Assembly: GCA_028717645.1 (NCBI GenBank)
Contig: JAQUNK010000004.1
Coordinates: 16,349 to 80,348 of the forward strand
Direction: 5' to 3'
DNA length: 64,000 bases
Origin: Candidatus Omnitrophota bacterium
GTDB lineage: Bacteria > Omnitrophota > Gorgyraeia > Gygaellales > JAMWDD01
Shown: piece by piece, positions 38,358 through 47,837 of the stretch
How the letters are laid out: every line of letters begins with the position of its first letter
Position numbering within the stretch: the first letter of the stretch is position 1
The notes under the pieces: model-generated
Database searches by the model: none
What the model was told of the DNA's origin: nothing
Seen by the model: only the letters and a program-made list of their open reading frames with translations
Position numbers and translations under genes: made by a program

Positions 38358-39566
38358 TTAAAGCGGGGGAAATTTCCTTAATACCAGGCAGGCATTATTT
38401 CCGCCAAAGGCCGAGGCGCTGTTCAAGGCAATGTTGACTTTTTGCTTACGCGTTACGTTGGGTACGCAATCAATATCACATTCAGGGTCCGGGGTCTCGT
38501 AGTTGATCGTGGGTGGCAGGATGTCGTTTTTTATGGCGAGGCAACAGGCCACCGCCTCAATGGCCGAGGCCGCACCCATGGTGTGGCCGAGCATTGACTT
38601 GATGGAACTCACCGCCAGCCTGCGTCCTTTAAAAACCTGGTTAATCGCCGCACACTCTTCTTTATCATTGGCCGGCGTGCCGGTCCCGTGGGCGTTAAAA
38701 TAATCTACGTCCTCGGGCCGCAGGCTGCTTGCTGCCAGTGATTTTTCTATCGCCTGTTTTATCCCCTCAGAAAAGGGAGCGGTCATATGATGTGCGTCGC
38801 AACTTAAACCATAACCCAGGACTTCCGCATAAATATCGCTTTTTCTTTTTAAAGCACTTTCCAGCGATTCCAGGACCACTATACCCGCGCCTTCGCCCAC
38901 GAGCATTCCTTTTCTGTTTTTATCAAAAGGCTGGCATTTTTCAGGCGCTACGGCGAACATACGATTAAAACCGATAAAGGCGATCTTGGAAAAGGCATCC
39001 GCGCCTCCGGCAAGCATCATGTCGGCTTCGCCCATCCTGATCAGATCATAGGCATAACCAATAGCATAGTTTCCCGCGGCACAGGCGGTAGGGATCACAT
39101 AGTTCGGCCCTTTCAATCCAAATTCTATGGCCACGTTCGTAGAAAGTACGTTCGAGGGATACCTTGGAATCAGCGCCGGCTCCAAGGCCTCTGGCCCGTT
39201 CTTCACCCAGGCTAGATTCAATTGTTCCAGTATCTGCGATTCGCCCATGGTCGTACCCATGCAGACACCGGCCCTTTCTTTGTCAGGAATGGTTTTTAAT
39301 TTTGCGCTCTCCAGCGCCAGGTGCGCCACGCTCACCGCAAAACACGATGCACGGCCCAATTGATCGATCTTTTCCGAGCTGATAAATTGTTGAGGTTGGA
39401 AGCCTTTGACTTCGCCGCCGTTATGGGTGGGAAAATCTGCAGTATCTATGGAAGAGATCTTTGAGATGCCGCTTTTTCCGGCAATAAGGGATTTCCAGAA
39501 TGCGTCCTGGCCAATGCCCACTGAAGAAATGACGCCCAGGCCAGTGATCACTACCCGCTTATCCAT
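38358..39566 (-). CDS. Beta-ketoacyl-ACP synthase (KS, FabF-like, catalytically complete)
   Basis: Active-site Cys in PTACAAG, and His residues in AHHMTAP and NAHGTGTPAND. Confidence 0.8.
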   Translation of the reverse strand: MDKRVVITGLGVISSVGIGQDAFWKSLIAGKSGISKISSIDTADFPTHNGGEVKGFQPQQFISSEKIDQLGRASCFAVSVAHLALESAKLKTIPDKERAGVCMGTTMGESQILEQLNLAWVKNGPEALEPALIPRYPSNVLSTNVAIEFGLKGPNYVIPTACAAGNYAIGYAYDLIRMGEADMMLAGGADAFSKIAFIGFNRMFAVAPEKCQPFDKNRKGMLVGEGAGIVVLESLESALKRKSDIYAEVLGYGLSCDAHHMTAPFSEGIKQAIEKSLAASSLRPEDVDYFNAHGTGTPANDKEECAAINQVFKGRRLAVSSIKSMLGHTMGAASAIEAVACCLAIKNDILPPTINYETPDPECDIDCVPNVTRKQKVNIALNSASAFGGNNACLVLRKFPPL

Positions 39567-39571
39567 GCCGT

Positions 39572-40015
39572 TTACGTGCTTTCTTTTGCCATGAAGCTGA
39601 TCTCGCCGCCGGCGACTTTTTGCCCTTTAACGCGCGCCTCGGCATTCACTATGGCTGCCTGGGTAATGACCTTGACCGGTTCGATAACTATTTCTATCTG
39701 ATCTCCGGGTAAAACCGGATGCAGGAACCTTACCTTTACGCTGCTCAGGTAATAAGTGGGTTTCTTGGCAGAGCTCGGCTCATCAGGAGAATGAAAAAGA
39801 ATGATTGCTGCCTGCGCCATGGCCTCGATGATAAGCGCGCCCGGCATAATGGGGTTGCCCGGAAAATGCCCCTTTATAAAATCATCGTTTGCGCTTACGT
39901 TCTTCAGCGCCACGATCTTTTTCCCTGGTTCTAATTCCGTGACGCGATCGATCATCAGGAAGGGAAAACGCTGGGGCAATATCTTAAAAATTTCTTCTAT
40001 ATTAAGTATGGGCAT
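39572..40015 (-). CDS. Hotdog-fold 3-hydroxyacyl-ACP dehydratase (FabZ/FabA-like)
   Basis: 147 aa with HFPGNPIMPGALIIEAMAQ, the FabZ catalytic His region. Confidence 0.75.
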   Translation of the reverse strand: MPILNIEEIFKILPQRFPFLMIDRVTELEPGKKIVALKNVSANDDFIKGHFPGNPIMPGALIIEAMAQAAIILFHSPDEPSSAKKPTYYLSSVKVRFLHPVLPGDQIEIVIEPVKVITQAAIVNAEARVKGQKVAGGEISFMAKEST

Positions 40016-40259
40016 TCTGCTTTTTGGCTAAGCACTCTCTGGCGATGGCGAGTGTCGCGTTTAAATTGGTCAACGCCGCCAGCTTCTCTTCGGGAATGGC
40101 GATCTTATATTTCTTTTCCATTGCCGCTAATATTTCCAGGGCCATCATTGAATCCATGCCTAAATCCTCGATGAACCTCGATTCCGGCTTGATCTCTTCA
40201 GGGTCCTTTTCCAGTATCTCAGCAATGATATTCTTGATCTCGCTTTCCAATTCTTGCAT
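40002..40259 (-). CDS. Acyl carrier protein (dedicated)
   Basis: 85 aa with DLGMDSMMALE, the phosphopantetheine-attachment Ser. Confidence 0.8.
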   Translation of the reverse strand: MQELESEIKNIIAEILEKDPEEIKPESRFIEDLGMDSMMALEILAAMEKKYKIAIPEEKLAALTNLNATLAIARECLAKKQNAHT

Positions 40260-40280
40260 CCATTCCTCCTCTATCTGGTA

Positions 40281-41522
40281 CTAAGCGTTGTATTTCGAAA
40301 TTACCAGGCTCGCGTTACAGCCGCTAGGGCCAAAGGTATTGATCAAAGCATGCCTTACCTTTGCAGCCCGCGCCTGATTTGCCGTATAATTTAGATCGCA
40401 GGCCGGATCCTTTACTTCATAATTTATGGTCGGCGGTATCTTCTGCTTCTCTAACGCGCAAACTCCCGCGGCGAGCCCAAAAGCGCCACCGGCACTGAAG
40501 CATTCTCCGATCATAGACTTAATAGCACTAATATACAATTTTTCTTTGTATTTTGCAAATACATCTTTTATGGCGCAGGTTTCCAGGACATCCGCGTTTA
40601 CGCCTGAATTTGCGCCGGCAGAAAGGTAATCTATATCTGCGGGCGAAAGAGCAGACTTATCCAATGCCTGACGTAGCGACCGACTCATGCCTTGCGCCTC
40701 GGAAGGGTATTTATCCACCCGGTAAGGCTCAAAGGCCGTGCCAAAGCCGCTGACTAAAGCGTAAATATTTGCCTGGCGCCGGAGGGCAGAATCCAGGTCT
40801 TCCAGGATAAACACCACTGAACCCTCTCCGAGAACTACGCCGTTCCTCCTCTTATCAAAAGGACAGGATAATTCTATCCCTGCGTCTTTCGAACCTGCCA
40901 AAGAATGCGTCCTGTAAAAACCTAAAAAGGTCTGCTCACAAAGTTCTTCTACGCCGCCGGCTAAAACCGTTTTGGCGCGGCCCATTCTGATGAAATTCGC
41001 GGCATAACCAACGGCTTCCAGGCTCGAGGTAAAACCCGTAGAGATAGTAGTATTAAAACCTTTAATGCCGAACCTGATGGAGATCTGGCTGGCCGGAGAA
41101 TTAATCACCGTGTTCGGGAAAAGCGCCGGGTTGACAAAGCGCGGCCCTTCTTTGATCGCCTCCTTGTCGAATTCACTCATACTCCTGACGCTGGCCAAAG
41201 TAGAGCCGATGGCCACCCCTGTATCCAGGGTGTTGCCTTCGTTGATCTCTAAATGCGCGTCTTCTAAGGCGAGTTTAGCCGCGCAGTTGACCAGCTTGGT
41301 GCTGCGATCTAAAACACGCAGCCCTTTTTCACCGAGGATAGCCTGCGGCTGAAAATCCTTTACCTCACCGGCGGTCTTGACTTTATATGCAGACGTATCA
41401 AACAAAGAGATCGGCTTTATGCCGGAAAGGCCCTGAAAAATAGCCTCGCTAAAGGCCGATTTTCCGATAGCATTAGGGCCGATCACGCCAACGCCGGTAA
41501 TGACTACTTTTTTTTCGTTCAT
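40281..41522 (-). CDS. KS-like protein lacking catalytic Cys/His (chain-length-factor-like partner)
   Basis: Thiolase/KS fold (VVITGVGVIGP…). The nucleophile position reads ISTGFTSS (no Cys) and the His motifs are replaced (GFGTAFEPYRV, ANSGVNAD). Confidence 0.7.
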   Translation of the reverse strand: MNEKKVVITGVGVIGPNAIGKSAFSEAIFQGLSGIKPISLFDTSAYKVKTAGEVKDFQPQAILGEKGLRVLDRSTKLVNCAAKLALEDAHLEINEGNTLDTGVAIGSTLASVRSMSEFDKEAIKEGPRFVNPALFPNTVINSPASQISIRFGIKGFNTTISTGFTSSLEAVGYAANFIRMGRAKTVLAGGVEELCEQTFLGFYRTHSLAGSKDAGIELSCPFDKRRNGVVLGEGSVVFILEDLDSALRRQANIYALVSGFGTAFEPYRVDKYPSEAQGMSRSLRQALDKSALSPADIDYLSAGANSGVNADVLETCAIKDVFAKYKEKLYISAIKSMIGECFSAGGAFGLAAGVCALEKQKIPPTINYEVKDPACDLNYTANQARAAKVRHALINTFGPSGCNASLVISKYNA

Positions 41523-41555
41523 TCTTACGATAAAGGAAAGTTTTAAAAAATGCGG

Positions 41556-42974
41556 CTACTTGGTAAGGGCGATACCTTTACGCAGGGCCTCTTCAAAAAG
41601 ATCCACCGCAAGGTCTATCTCTTTTTCTTTGATATAGAGCGACGGGGCAAGGGTAAACACGTTTTTATAATAACCGCCCACATCGAGTATCAGGCCCCTC
41701 TTTTTCCCGCCGGACTTGAGGTTCCCGCTTAAACCTATATTGGTAATGGCATCGGTAAGCGCGCGATTAGGCGTATATCCGTCTTTCTCGCAGATCTCAA
41801 CCCTCAGGGCCAGGCCCATGCCGTCAACATCGCCTATCTCGGGATATTTTTTCTGTAATTCTCTAAGGCGGGCGATAAAATAACGCCCCTTCTTCGGTAC
41901 CTGCTCGGCGAAGTCCGATTCCTCGATAAGTTTGAGCGTCTCCAGCCCTACGGCTGTGCCCAGGGGGTTGGAAGAGAATGTCGAGTGTGTCGAGCCCGGA
42001 GGAAAAACTTCAGGGGAGATCAATTCCTCTTTTGCCCATATCCCGGAAATGGGATTAAGGCCGTTGGTCAGCGCCTTACCGAAAACAATGATATCCGGAA
42101 TGACTCCGAAATGTTCTATCGCCCAGAACTTTCCAGTGCGGTAAAAACCCATCTGGATCTCATCATCTACCAGAAGTATTTTATATCGATCCAATAATTC
42201 CTTGAGCCTTGAAAAATATTCTAGCGGCGGGATGACGTAGCCGCCTGTACCCTGCAGTGCCTCGATATAAAATGCGCTGAACTCGCAGCGGTTGGTCTTT
42301 TTATTGATCAGAGAATAATATTCCGTTTCAAATAATCTCTCGAACTGCCTCAGGCAATATAAGTCGCAGTAATCCCTTCTTTTATCATAAGGGCACCTGA
42401 AACAATAAGGATAGGGTATAAAACAAGCGCGGTCGGAGAAATGCCCGAATTTTTCGCGGTAGCGAAAACTGGAAGTGATCGCCGAAGCACCCAAGGTCCT
42501 ACCGTGATAGCCGCCCATAAAGGCAAAGACCAGGTTTCTTCCGGTATGATTACGCACGACCTTTAAAGAATCTTCTACTGCCGAGGCACCCCCCACATTA
42601 AAATGCACGCGGCCCTTGGTTTCAAAGGTAACCTCTATTTTTTGTGCCAGGCGGGCAGCCAGGCGGATCTTTTCCTCATGCAGGTATTGGCAAGCCAACT
42701 GCGGCAGGGTATCGATCTGTTTTTTTAACGCGCGGTTCAAGCGGGGATTTTTATAGCCAAAATTAACCGCAGAATACCACATCTGCAGGTCCACGAATTC
42801 CGTCCCCTGCTTATCGTAGAGATACATCCCTTCTGCGCGGTTAAAAATATTCAGTTTTTCGGCATAATGCACCGTATCGCCCCAGGAACAATATTTTTTC
42901 TCCAGTTGCAGGAGTTCATCTTCCTGTTTCTCTGGCTTTACGGCCCTAGCCCTTGCCTTTTCCTTCTGTTTCAT
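41556..42974 (-). CDS. Class-III (PLP-dependent) aminotransferase
   Basis: DDEIQMGFYRTG and IVFGKAL (Schiff-base Lys). 472 aa with several extra Cys residues. Confidence 0.75.
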   Translation of the reverse strand: MKQKEKARARAVKPEKQEDELLQLEKKYCSWGDTVHYAEKLNIFNRAEGMYLYDKQGTEFVDLQMWYSAVNFGYKNPRLNRALKKQIDTLPQLACQYLHEEKIRLAARLAQKIEVTFETKGRVHFNVGGASAVEDSLKVVRNHTGRNLVFAFMGGYHGRTLGASAITSSFRYREKFGHFSDRACFIPYPYCFRCPYDKRRDYCDLYCLRQFERLFETEYYSLINKKTNRCEFSAFYIEALQGTGGYVIPPLEYFSRLKELLDRYKILLVDDEIQMGFYRTGKFWAIEHFGVIPDIIVFGKALTNGLNPISGIWAKEELISPEVFPPGSTHSTFSSNPLGTAVGLETLKLIEESDFAEQVPKKGRYFIARLRELQKKYPEIGDVDGMGLALRVEICEKDGYTPNRALTDAITNIGLSGNLKSGGKKRGLILDVGGYYKNVFTLAPSLYIKEKEIDLAVDLFEEALRKGIALTK

Positions 42975-43645
42975 CGTTCCAGACTCCTTAACGAATCGTA
43001 GATATCCCTAAAATCTTTAAACGCGGCGCACAATAACTTCTTTCTTCTGAAATGTTCCAATAATTTTCCCTTGGCAAAAACGATATCCGCCTCTTCGGCC
43101 GGGCAGATATCCGAAGCGCCATCGCCAATATAGATAATAATTTTATCCCGCAAATTATGCTTTAGCAAGTTTTTCCTTTTGCAGTGGGCACAGTGGGCGC
43201 AACGTTTATAGGTATGCGGAAATGAGGGGGTCAGCCTATCTTTGGCAAATTTTAACCTGTTGGCATATATTTTTATACCGCTGATCCTGTTTTTACGTAG
43301 GACACTGTTGATAACGAACGAAAAATCATCGCTTAAGATGGCTGTTTTTATCCCTTCCCTTTTAAGCAAAGATATGAGCCTGGGGAAACCCGGCGTAAGC
43401 GTAACTTTGGAAAGATAGCGCGCCAACGCAGGCTTAGTGATCCTTATTCCTTTTAACTGGCCGCTAAGGCATTCCAAAGAACCGATCTTACCCTGTTTCC
43501 AGCGCTCTTCCAGCTTCACCCAGTCTTTATTTATGGAAAATTTCTCGATCAGATCGTCCAGCACATCAAAAGAAGTAATAGTGTTGTCAAAATCGAAGAA
43601 TACCGCGCAATCCGATAACTTATGTAATCTGATATGGTTATGCAT
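42971..43645 (-). CDS. HAD-superfamily phosphatase (subfamily IB/MtnX-like)
   Basis: FFDFDNTIT motif I and YIGDGASD motif IV. Confidence 0.65.
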   Translation of the reverse strand: MHNHIRLHKLSDCAVFFDFDNTITSFDVLDDLIEKFSINKDWVKLEERWKQGKIGSLECLSGQLKGIRITKPALARYLSKVTLTPGFPRLISLLKREGIKTAILSDDFSFVINSVLRKNRISGIKIYANRLKFAKDRLTPSFPHTYKRCAHCAHCKRKNLLKHNLRDKIIIYIGDGASDICPAEEADIVFAKGKLLEHFRRKKLLCAAFKDFRDIYDSLRSLER

Positions 43646-43680
43646 ATTCTTATTATCTCACCCCCAAACTCTCAAGGCAA

Positions 43681-44343
43681 TCAGTTTTTGCGTTTTATAT
43701 TCTCAGCGATCAGCCGGGAAAACCTGCCCCCAGTAAACGCGTCTATACTGGCGGTAAGCTCCTGAATACGCAATTCCTTGTCTGTGCGTTTTTTCCCTTC
43801 CGGCACACCGGCCAACAGTTCTATCTGCAGCCGGCGGCGCTCAAAATAATCGCGCGTAACCTCATACAATATATCATTCCTTAATTGCGTGGTCAGGCGC
43901 GAGCGCGTGTCTATGGAAGTCTGGTCAGTGGACCAGATAAGATCGCTCAATTCCCAGCTCACCGTAACATCCCAGCCCGAACTGATATCCTGGGGCCCGT
44001 TCACACAATAATTATTGGTCGAGCTGGTATATATTTCATAAGTATTGCCCGTGGACTTGTCCCAGCCGACGCTTAATTTCGGCAGTAGCGCCTTTATCCG
44101 CGCCTGCTTTTGCCAGCGGGAGATCTTTTCCGGCTCTACATCGGCATACTCTATAGCCAAGCCCTGCACCTTGGCTATAGATGGTTCATAAGAAAAATAA
44201 TTTTCGTATTCTTCCACGCTGATGTAATTAAATTCCCCTGCATTTGATCCCTGAGACGGCCCTTGCCGTTTTTCCTGCGCCGGCTCAACACCAGTGGCCA
44301 CCAATAAAACCAAAACTACCGTAAAAAATGCTTTTTTCTGCAC
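43681..44343 (-). CDS. Secreted hypothetical protein
   Basis: Signal peptide MQKKAFFTVVLVLLVATGVEP. No recognisable domain. Confidence 0.45.
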   Translation of the reverse strand: MQKKAFFTVVLVLLVATGVEPAQEKRQGPSQGSNAGEFNYISVEEYENYFSYEPSIAKVQGLAIEYADVEPEKISRWQKQARIKALLPKLSVGWDKSTGNTYEIYTSSTNNYCVNGPQDISSGWDVTVSWELSDLIWSTDQTSIDTRSRLTTQLRNDILYEVTRDYFERRRLQIELLAGVPEGKKRTDKELRIQELTASIDAFTGGRFSRLIAENIKRKN

Positions 44344-44443
44344 CTTGGCACCTCCTACATCATTAGACGCGGAGGTAACTAAAATCTAACAGGATTTTTT
44401 AAATTTTAAGAGGTTTTGGGGAAGGCCTGGTGCTTGGAGGTCG

Positions 44444-45142
44444 TTAAAAATCGAAGTTAAGTGAAGCTGCGGCTTGAGCGCCGTCTAAGAAGTCGAACTC
44501 GGTATTCAGCCGGACATTTTTCGTGAGGTTAAAGTCCAGGCCCGCGACTAAGCCGAAATTGTCTTCTGCCTTATATCTTTTGCGGTTAGCATCGTCTATC
44601 CAGCGGATCAGATCATAAGTACCGTATTTGAAACCGAAATAAGGAGTGAATTTTTTCCAGGAGACCGAGCCGAGCACCGAACCCTGCCATTCATCGGCTA
44701 TTGCTTTATATTTACCCGCCGCAGTATCTACGGTCTTCGGATGCACGCTGATATGCTGGAATCCGCCGACCAAGCGGATCTTTTTACTTTTATTTTCGTA
44801 GAACCTTAACCTGAAACCATATGCCCCGGAAAAACCGGTAGAGAATTTCAGGTCCCCGTAAGGGCTGTCTTTCCAGTCAATTTTTCCTGCGCCGCCTTTT
44901 AAGTCAATGCTCAACCAGTCAAATACGCCATAAGATAGCGCGAGGAACTCATCGGGGTTCTTTATTTTTCCGTTCTCATGCTGCAGAGAACGCTTGACCA
45001 CAAAATTATATTCCACACCCAGGGTGATCCTGTTCCTCGCAGGCATATGCGTGCCGTAGCAAGGCGCGGCATGAACTTGGGTCGAAAAAATAAAAACAGC
45101 ACCCAGCGTGATAAAAAATATATTCTGTAACTTCATAAGCAT
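44444..45142 (-). CDS. Outer-membrane beta-barrel protein (small porin/MipA-OmpV-like)
   Basis: Signal peptide, alternating amphipathic strands, C-terminal …SLNFDF ending in Phe. Confidence 0.55.
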   Translation of the reverse strand: MLMKLQNIFFITLGAVFIFSTQVHAAPCYGTHMPARNRITLGVEYNFVVKRSLQHENGKIKNPDEFLALSYGVFDWLSIDLKGGAGKIDWKDSPYGDLKFSTGFSGAYGFRLRFYENKSKKIRLVGGFQHISVHPKTVDTAAGKYKAIADEWQGSVLGSVSWKKFTPYFGFKYGTYDLIRWIDDANRKRYKAEDNFGLVAGLDFNLTKNVRLNTEFDFLDGAQAAASLNFDF

Positions 45143-45236
45143 ATTCTATAATAAAAAGCAATTTAATCAATATAAAATACAAGTATTCTTTTAATTTTTG
45201 TTGTATAAATTAGATAGATTGCTTATAATAAATCAT

Positions 45237-45358
45237 AAATCCGAATATCGAAATCCAAAACAAATTTAAAATTCCAAATCACAATGTTTTAAACTTAAAT
45301 GCTTGGAATTTGGAAAATTTGGATTTGGGATTTGTTTAGAATTTAGAATTTCGGATTT
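45237..45358. repeat. Long imperfect inverted repeat in AT-rich divergent intergenic region
   Basis: Left arm AAATCCGAATATCGAAATCCAAAACAAAT…AAATTCCAAAT. Right arm (reverse complement) AAATCCGAAATTCTAAATTCTAAACAAAT…AAATTCCAAG. About 75 % arm identity over ~40 bp, with an internal insertion. Confidence 0.5.
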
Positions 45359-45397
45359 GCCGTTTAATTCAATAACATCAAACTTGGAGATGAGAAA

Positions 45398-46120
45398 ATG
45401 GTAATGAAACATCTGCGCAAGAAAGATACCGCGAAAAAGATCTGGATCGTCCTGATCATCATTATCCTGCCGGCCTTTGTCCTCTGGGGCTTAGGCAGTG
45501 CCAGCCGCGCTAAAGGCAGGATCAACTACGCCGGAAAGATATTCGGTAAAAAGGTCCCCCTTCAGGAATTCGCCGACGCCTACAGCGCCGTGCTTACTCA
45601 GGGGATATTACGCTGGGGTGAGGAAAATTTTGCAAAGATGGTCAAGGAACTCGACCTGAAACAAGAAGCCTGGAGCCGGATCATCCTGCTAAAAGAAGCT
45701 AAAAAAAGGAATATCCGGGTAAGCGACAAGGAATTGGCTATCTTCATAGAGAGTTCGCCTATGTTCCAATATAACGGCCGGTTCAATATGAAGGCCTACA
45801 AAGAGATCCTGCAGTTCGTTTTGCATGTAAATGTGCCTGTGTTCGAGAGCCAGATGCGTGAAAATATCATGATCGCAAAACTCTACAATCAAGTAACCGC
45901 CCAGGTAAAATTAAGCAATGAGCAGATACGCCAGGCAGAAGAAAATAGAAAAGAGGGCGAAAAAAAAGAAGGCAAACAACTTACCGATGCAGAAAAAGAA
46001 ATTTTTACAAAAGAATTGCTGTTTAAAGAAAAAGATGCCGCATTTAATAAATTCCTGCAACAGTCATGGGCCGAGGCCAAGATAGAAGATAATACCCAAG
46101 CCTTAAAAGTCGAGCCCTAA
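45398..46120 (+). CDS. SurA N-terminal-domain periplasmic chaperone-like protein (membrane-anchored)
   Basis: N-terminal TM helix, then a region resembling the SurA_N/PpiD chaperone domain, with a Lys/Glu-rich C-terminus. Confidence 0.5.
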   Translation: MVMKHLRKKDTAKKIWIVLIIIILPAFVLWGLGSASRAKGRINYAGKIFGKKVPLQEFADAYSAVLTQGILRWGEENFAKMVKELDLKQEAWSRIILLKEAKKRNIRVSDKELAIFIESSPMFQYNGRFNMKAYKEILQFVLHVNVPVFESQMRENIMIAKLYNQVTAQVKLSNEQIRQAEENRKEGEKKEGKQLTDAEKEIFTKELLFKEKDAAFNKFLQQSWAEAKIEDNTQALKVEP

Positions 46121-46127
46121 AAAATTA

Positions 46128-46164
46128 TCCCGGCTTCCTGAAATTCTCGGAAGCCGGGATTTTA
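46128..46164. terminator. Bidirectional rho-independent terminator
   Basis: TCCCGGCTTCC…GGAAGCCGGGA stem with T-runs on both sides, between convergent genes. Confidence 0.65.
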
Positions 46165-46184
46165 TTTAAAACCTTGCAGATCTT

Positions 46185-46367
46185 TTATTGCAATTTGATC
46201 GCTTCTACCGGACACTGTGGAACTACTTCTTCCACTTTACAACTGGCGCAAGTCTGGCCAATGACATGAGCAATACCGTCAGCCTCAACCTTAAATACCT
46301 CCGGGCACTGCTGTTCGCATAAGCCGCAACCCACGCACAAATTCGCATCTACTACTACCTTTGCCAT
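46185..46367 (-). CDS. Small [4Fe-4S]/[3Fe-4S] ferredoxin
   Basis: 60 aa with CVGCGLCEQQCP plus C…C…CP. Confidence 0.75.
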   Translation of the reverse strand: MAKVVVDANLCVGCGLCEQQCPEVFKVEADGIAHVIGQTCASCKVEEVVPQCPVEAIKLQ

Positions 46368-46395
46368 AATTATCTTACCTCCGTATGAAAAATTA

Positions 46396-46875
46396 TTACC
46401 TTTCCTGCAGGTTCTCGAACATCTCTTCGTGGGCCACTTCTTCCGCTAAAATATGGGTGACTAATTGATAAGTAACGTTGTCTTTACTCAAGGTTTTTTT
46501 GGCGATCTTATTATACACATCGATAGCGCCGGCCTCTGCTTCGGTAACCGTACGGATGATCCGGTTGATATCTGAGGTGTTCTTGGGAGGGATCGGATAA
46601 GGATAATTGGCGTTTTTCTCTAATTCCGTAATGTGCGCCGTAGGTAGACCCCCTAACTTAATGATCAGGTCAGCTACTTCAGTAGCATGCTCCAGTTCAT
46701 CTTTGGCTATTTTCATCAGGAATTCGCTGATGTCCTCATATGCCTTGCCGGAAACTATCTGGGCCATATACCAATAAAGATAATAAGCCAACCACTCGTC
46801 GCAATAGGCCTTGTTCAGGTCCTTTACCAGATCCTTCAAACTTACTTCTACTATTGCCCTGGCTTGTTTTCCCAT
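46396..46875 (-). CDS. Ferritin-like diiron protein (bacterioferritin-like)
   Basis: Two ExxH motifs (DELEH, EEVAH) spaced as in Bfr. 159 aa. Confidence 0.55.
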   Translation of the reverse strand: MGKQARAIVEVSLKDLVKDLNKAYCDEWLAYYLYWYMAQIVSGKAYEDISEFLMKIAKDELEHATEVADLIIKLGGLPTAHITELEKNANYPYPIPPKNTSDINRIIRTVTEAEAGAIDVYNKIAKKTLSKDNVTYQLVTHILAEEVAHEEMFENLQER

Positions 46876-46955
46876 CTCTCACCTCCGAGCCCCCTTTTCA
46901 CGCTGGGGCGGGTCCTGAGCCCTATTTAAAATTTGCCGGGCCGAGGACGGTTTTC

Positions 46956-47837
46956 TTAAGCGCTCTTCTCGAGCCTTAACCCGTATTTCTGGATGTTTCT
47001 ATCTGCAACTTCCTGAACCTGCTTTATTGCTTCAGGATTATTCAATATATGCTTGAACCTGCCCTGGGTCTTCAGATATTCTTCGACCGGTTTTGGCTGG
47101 ATCTGGCGGGCAGTAAGCTTTCCATTCTCATATTCGATCAAGGGATATAATCCTGTCTCGACGGCAAGTTTGGCGACATCTATGGTAAGCGCCGATTCAT
47201 GCCTCCAGCCCAATGGGCAAGGCACATGGATCTGGATATATTTAGGGCCTTTTATGGAAATGGCCTTCTTTACTTTTCTTTGGATATCCTGCGGGTATCC
47301 TGCCGAAGCAGTAGCCACATAAGGTATGCCGTGCGCATTGGCGATCTCCGGCATCGGTTTTTTCGGGCGGGGATTGCCAAAAGATTTTTCTGCGATAGGG
47401 CTAGTGGTGGTATTGGTGGCAAAAGGAGTAAGGCCACTGCGCTGAATACCAGTGTTCATGTAGGCCTCGTTATCATAGCAGACATATAAAATATCATGGC
47501 CCCTTTCCCACATCCCGGATAATGCCTGTAGGCCAATATCCGCCGTGCCGCCGTCTCCGCCCTGCGCGATGACATTGGTAGTATCTTTTTTACCTAAAAA
47601 TTTAAGCGCCGCCTCAACTCCAGAAGCCACGGCCGCGCAATTCTCGAACAGCGAGTGGATAAAAGGTACGTTCCAGGCTGATTCGGGAAATGCCGTGGAA
47701 AAAACTTCCAGGCAGCCGGTATTATTGGCCACGATCGTATTCGCTCCGGCCGCTTCAATCACCAACCGCGCAGCGAGTGACTGGCCGCAACCTGCACAGG
47801 CAGTATGTCCCGCAATAAATAAAGGTTTATTGTCCAT
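46956..47837 (-). CDS. porB: 2-oxoacid:ferredoxin oxidoreductase beta subunit (TPP-binding)
   Basis: GHTACAGCG and GGDGG TPP-binding motifs. Confidence 0.85.
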   Translation of the reverse strand: MDNKPLFIAGHTACAGCGQSLAARLVIEAAGANTIVANNTGCLEVFSTAFPESAWNVPFIHSLFENCAAVASGVEAALKFLGKKDTTNVIAQGGDGGTADIGLQALSGMWERGHDILYVCYDNEAYMNTGIQRSGLTPFATNTTTSPIAEKSFGNPRPKKPMPEIANAHGIPYVATASAGYPQDIQRKVKKAISIKGPKYIQIHVPCPLGWRHESALTIDVAKLAVETGLYPLIEYENGKLTARQIQPKPVEEYLKTQGRFKHILNNPEAIKQVQEVADRNIQKYGLRLEKSA

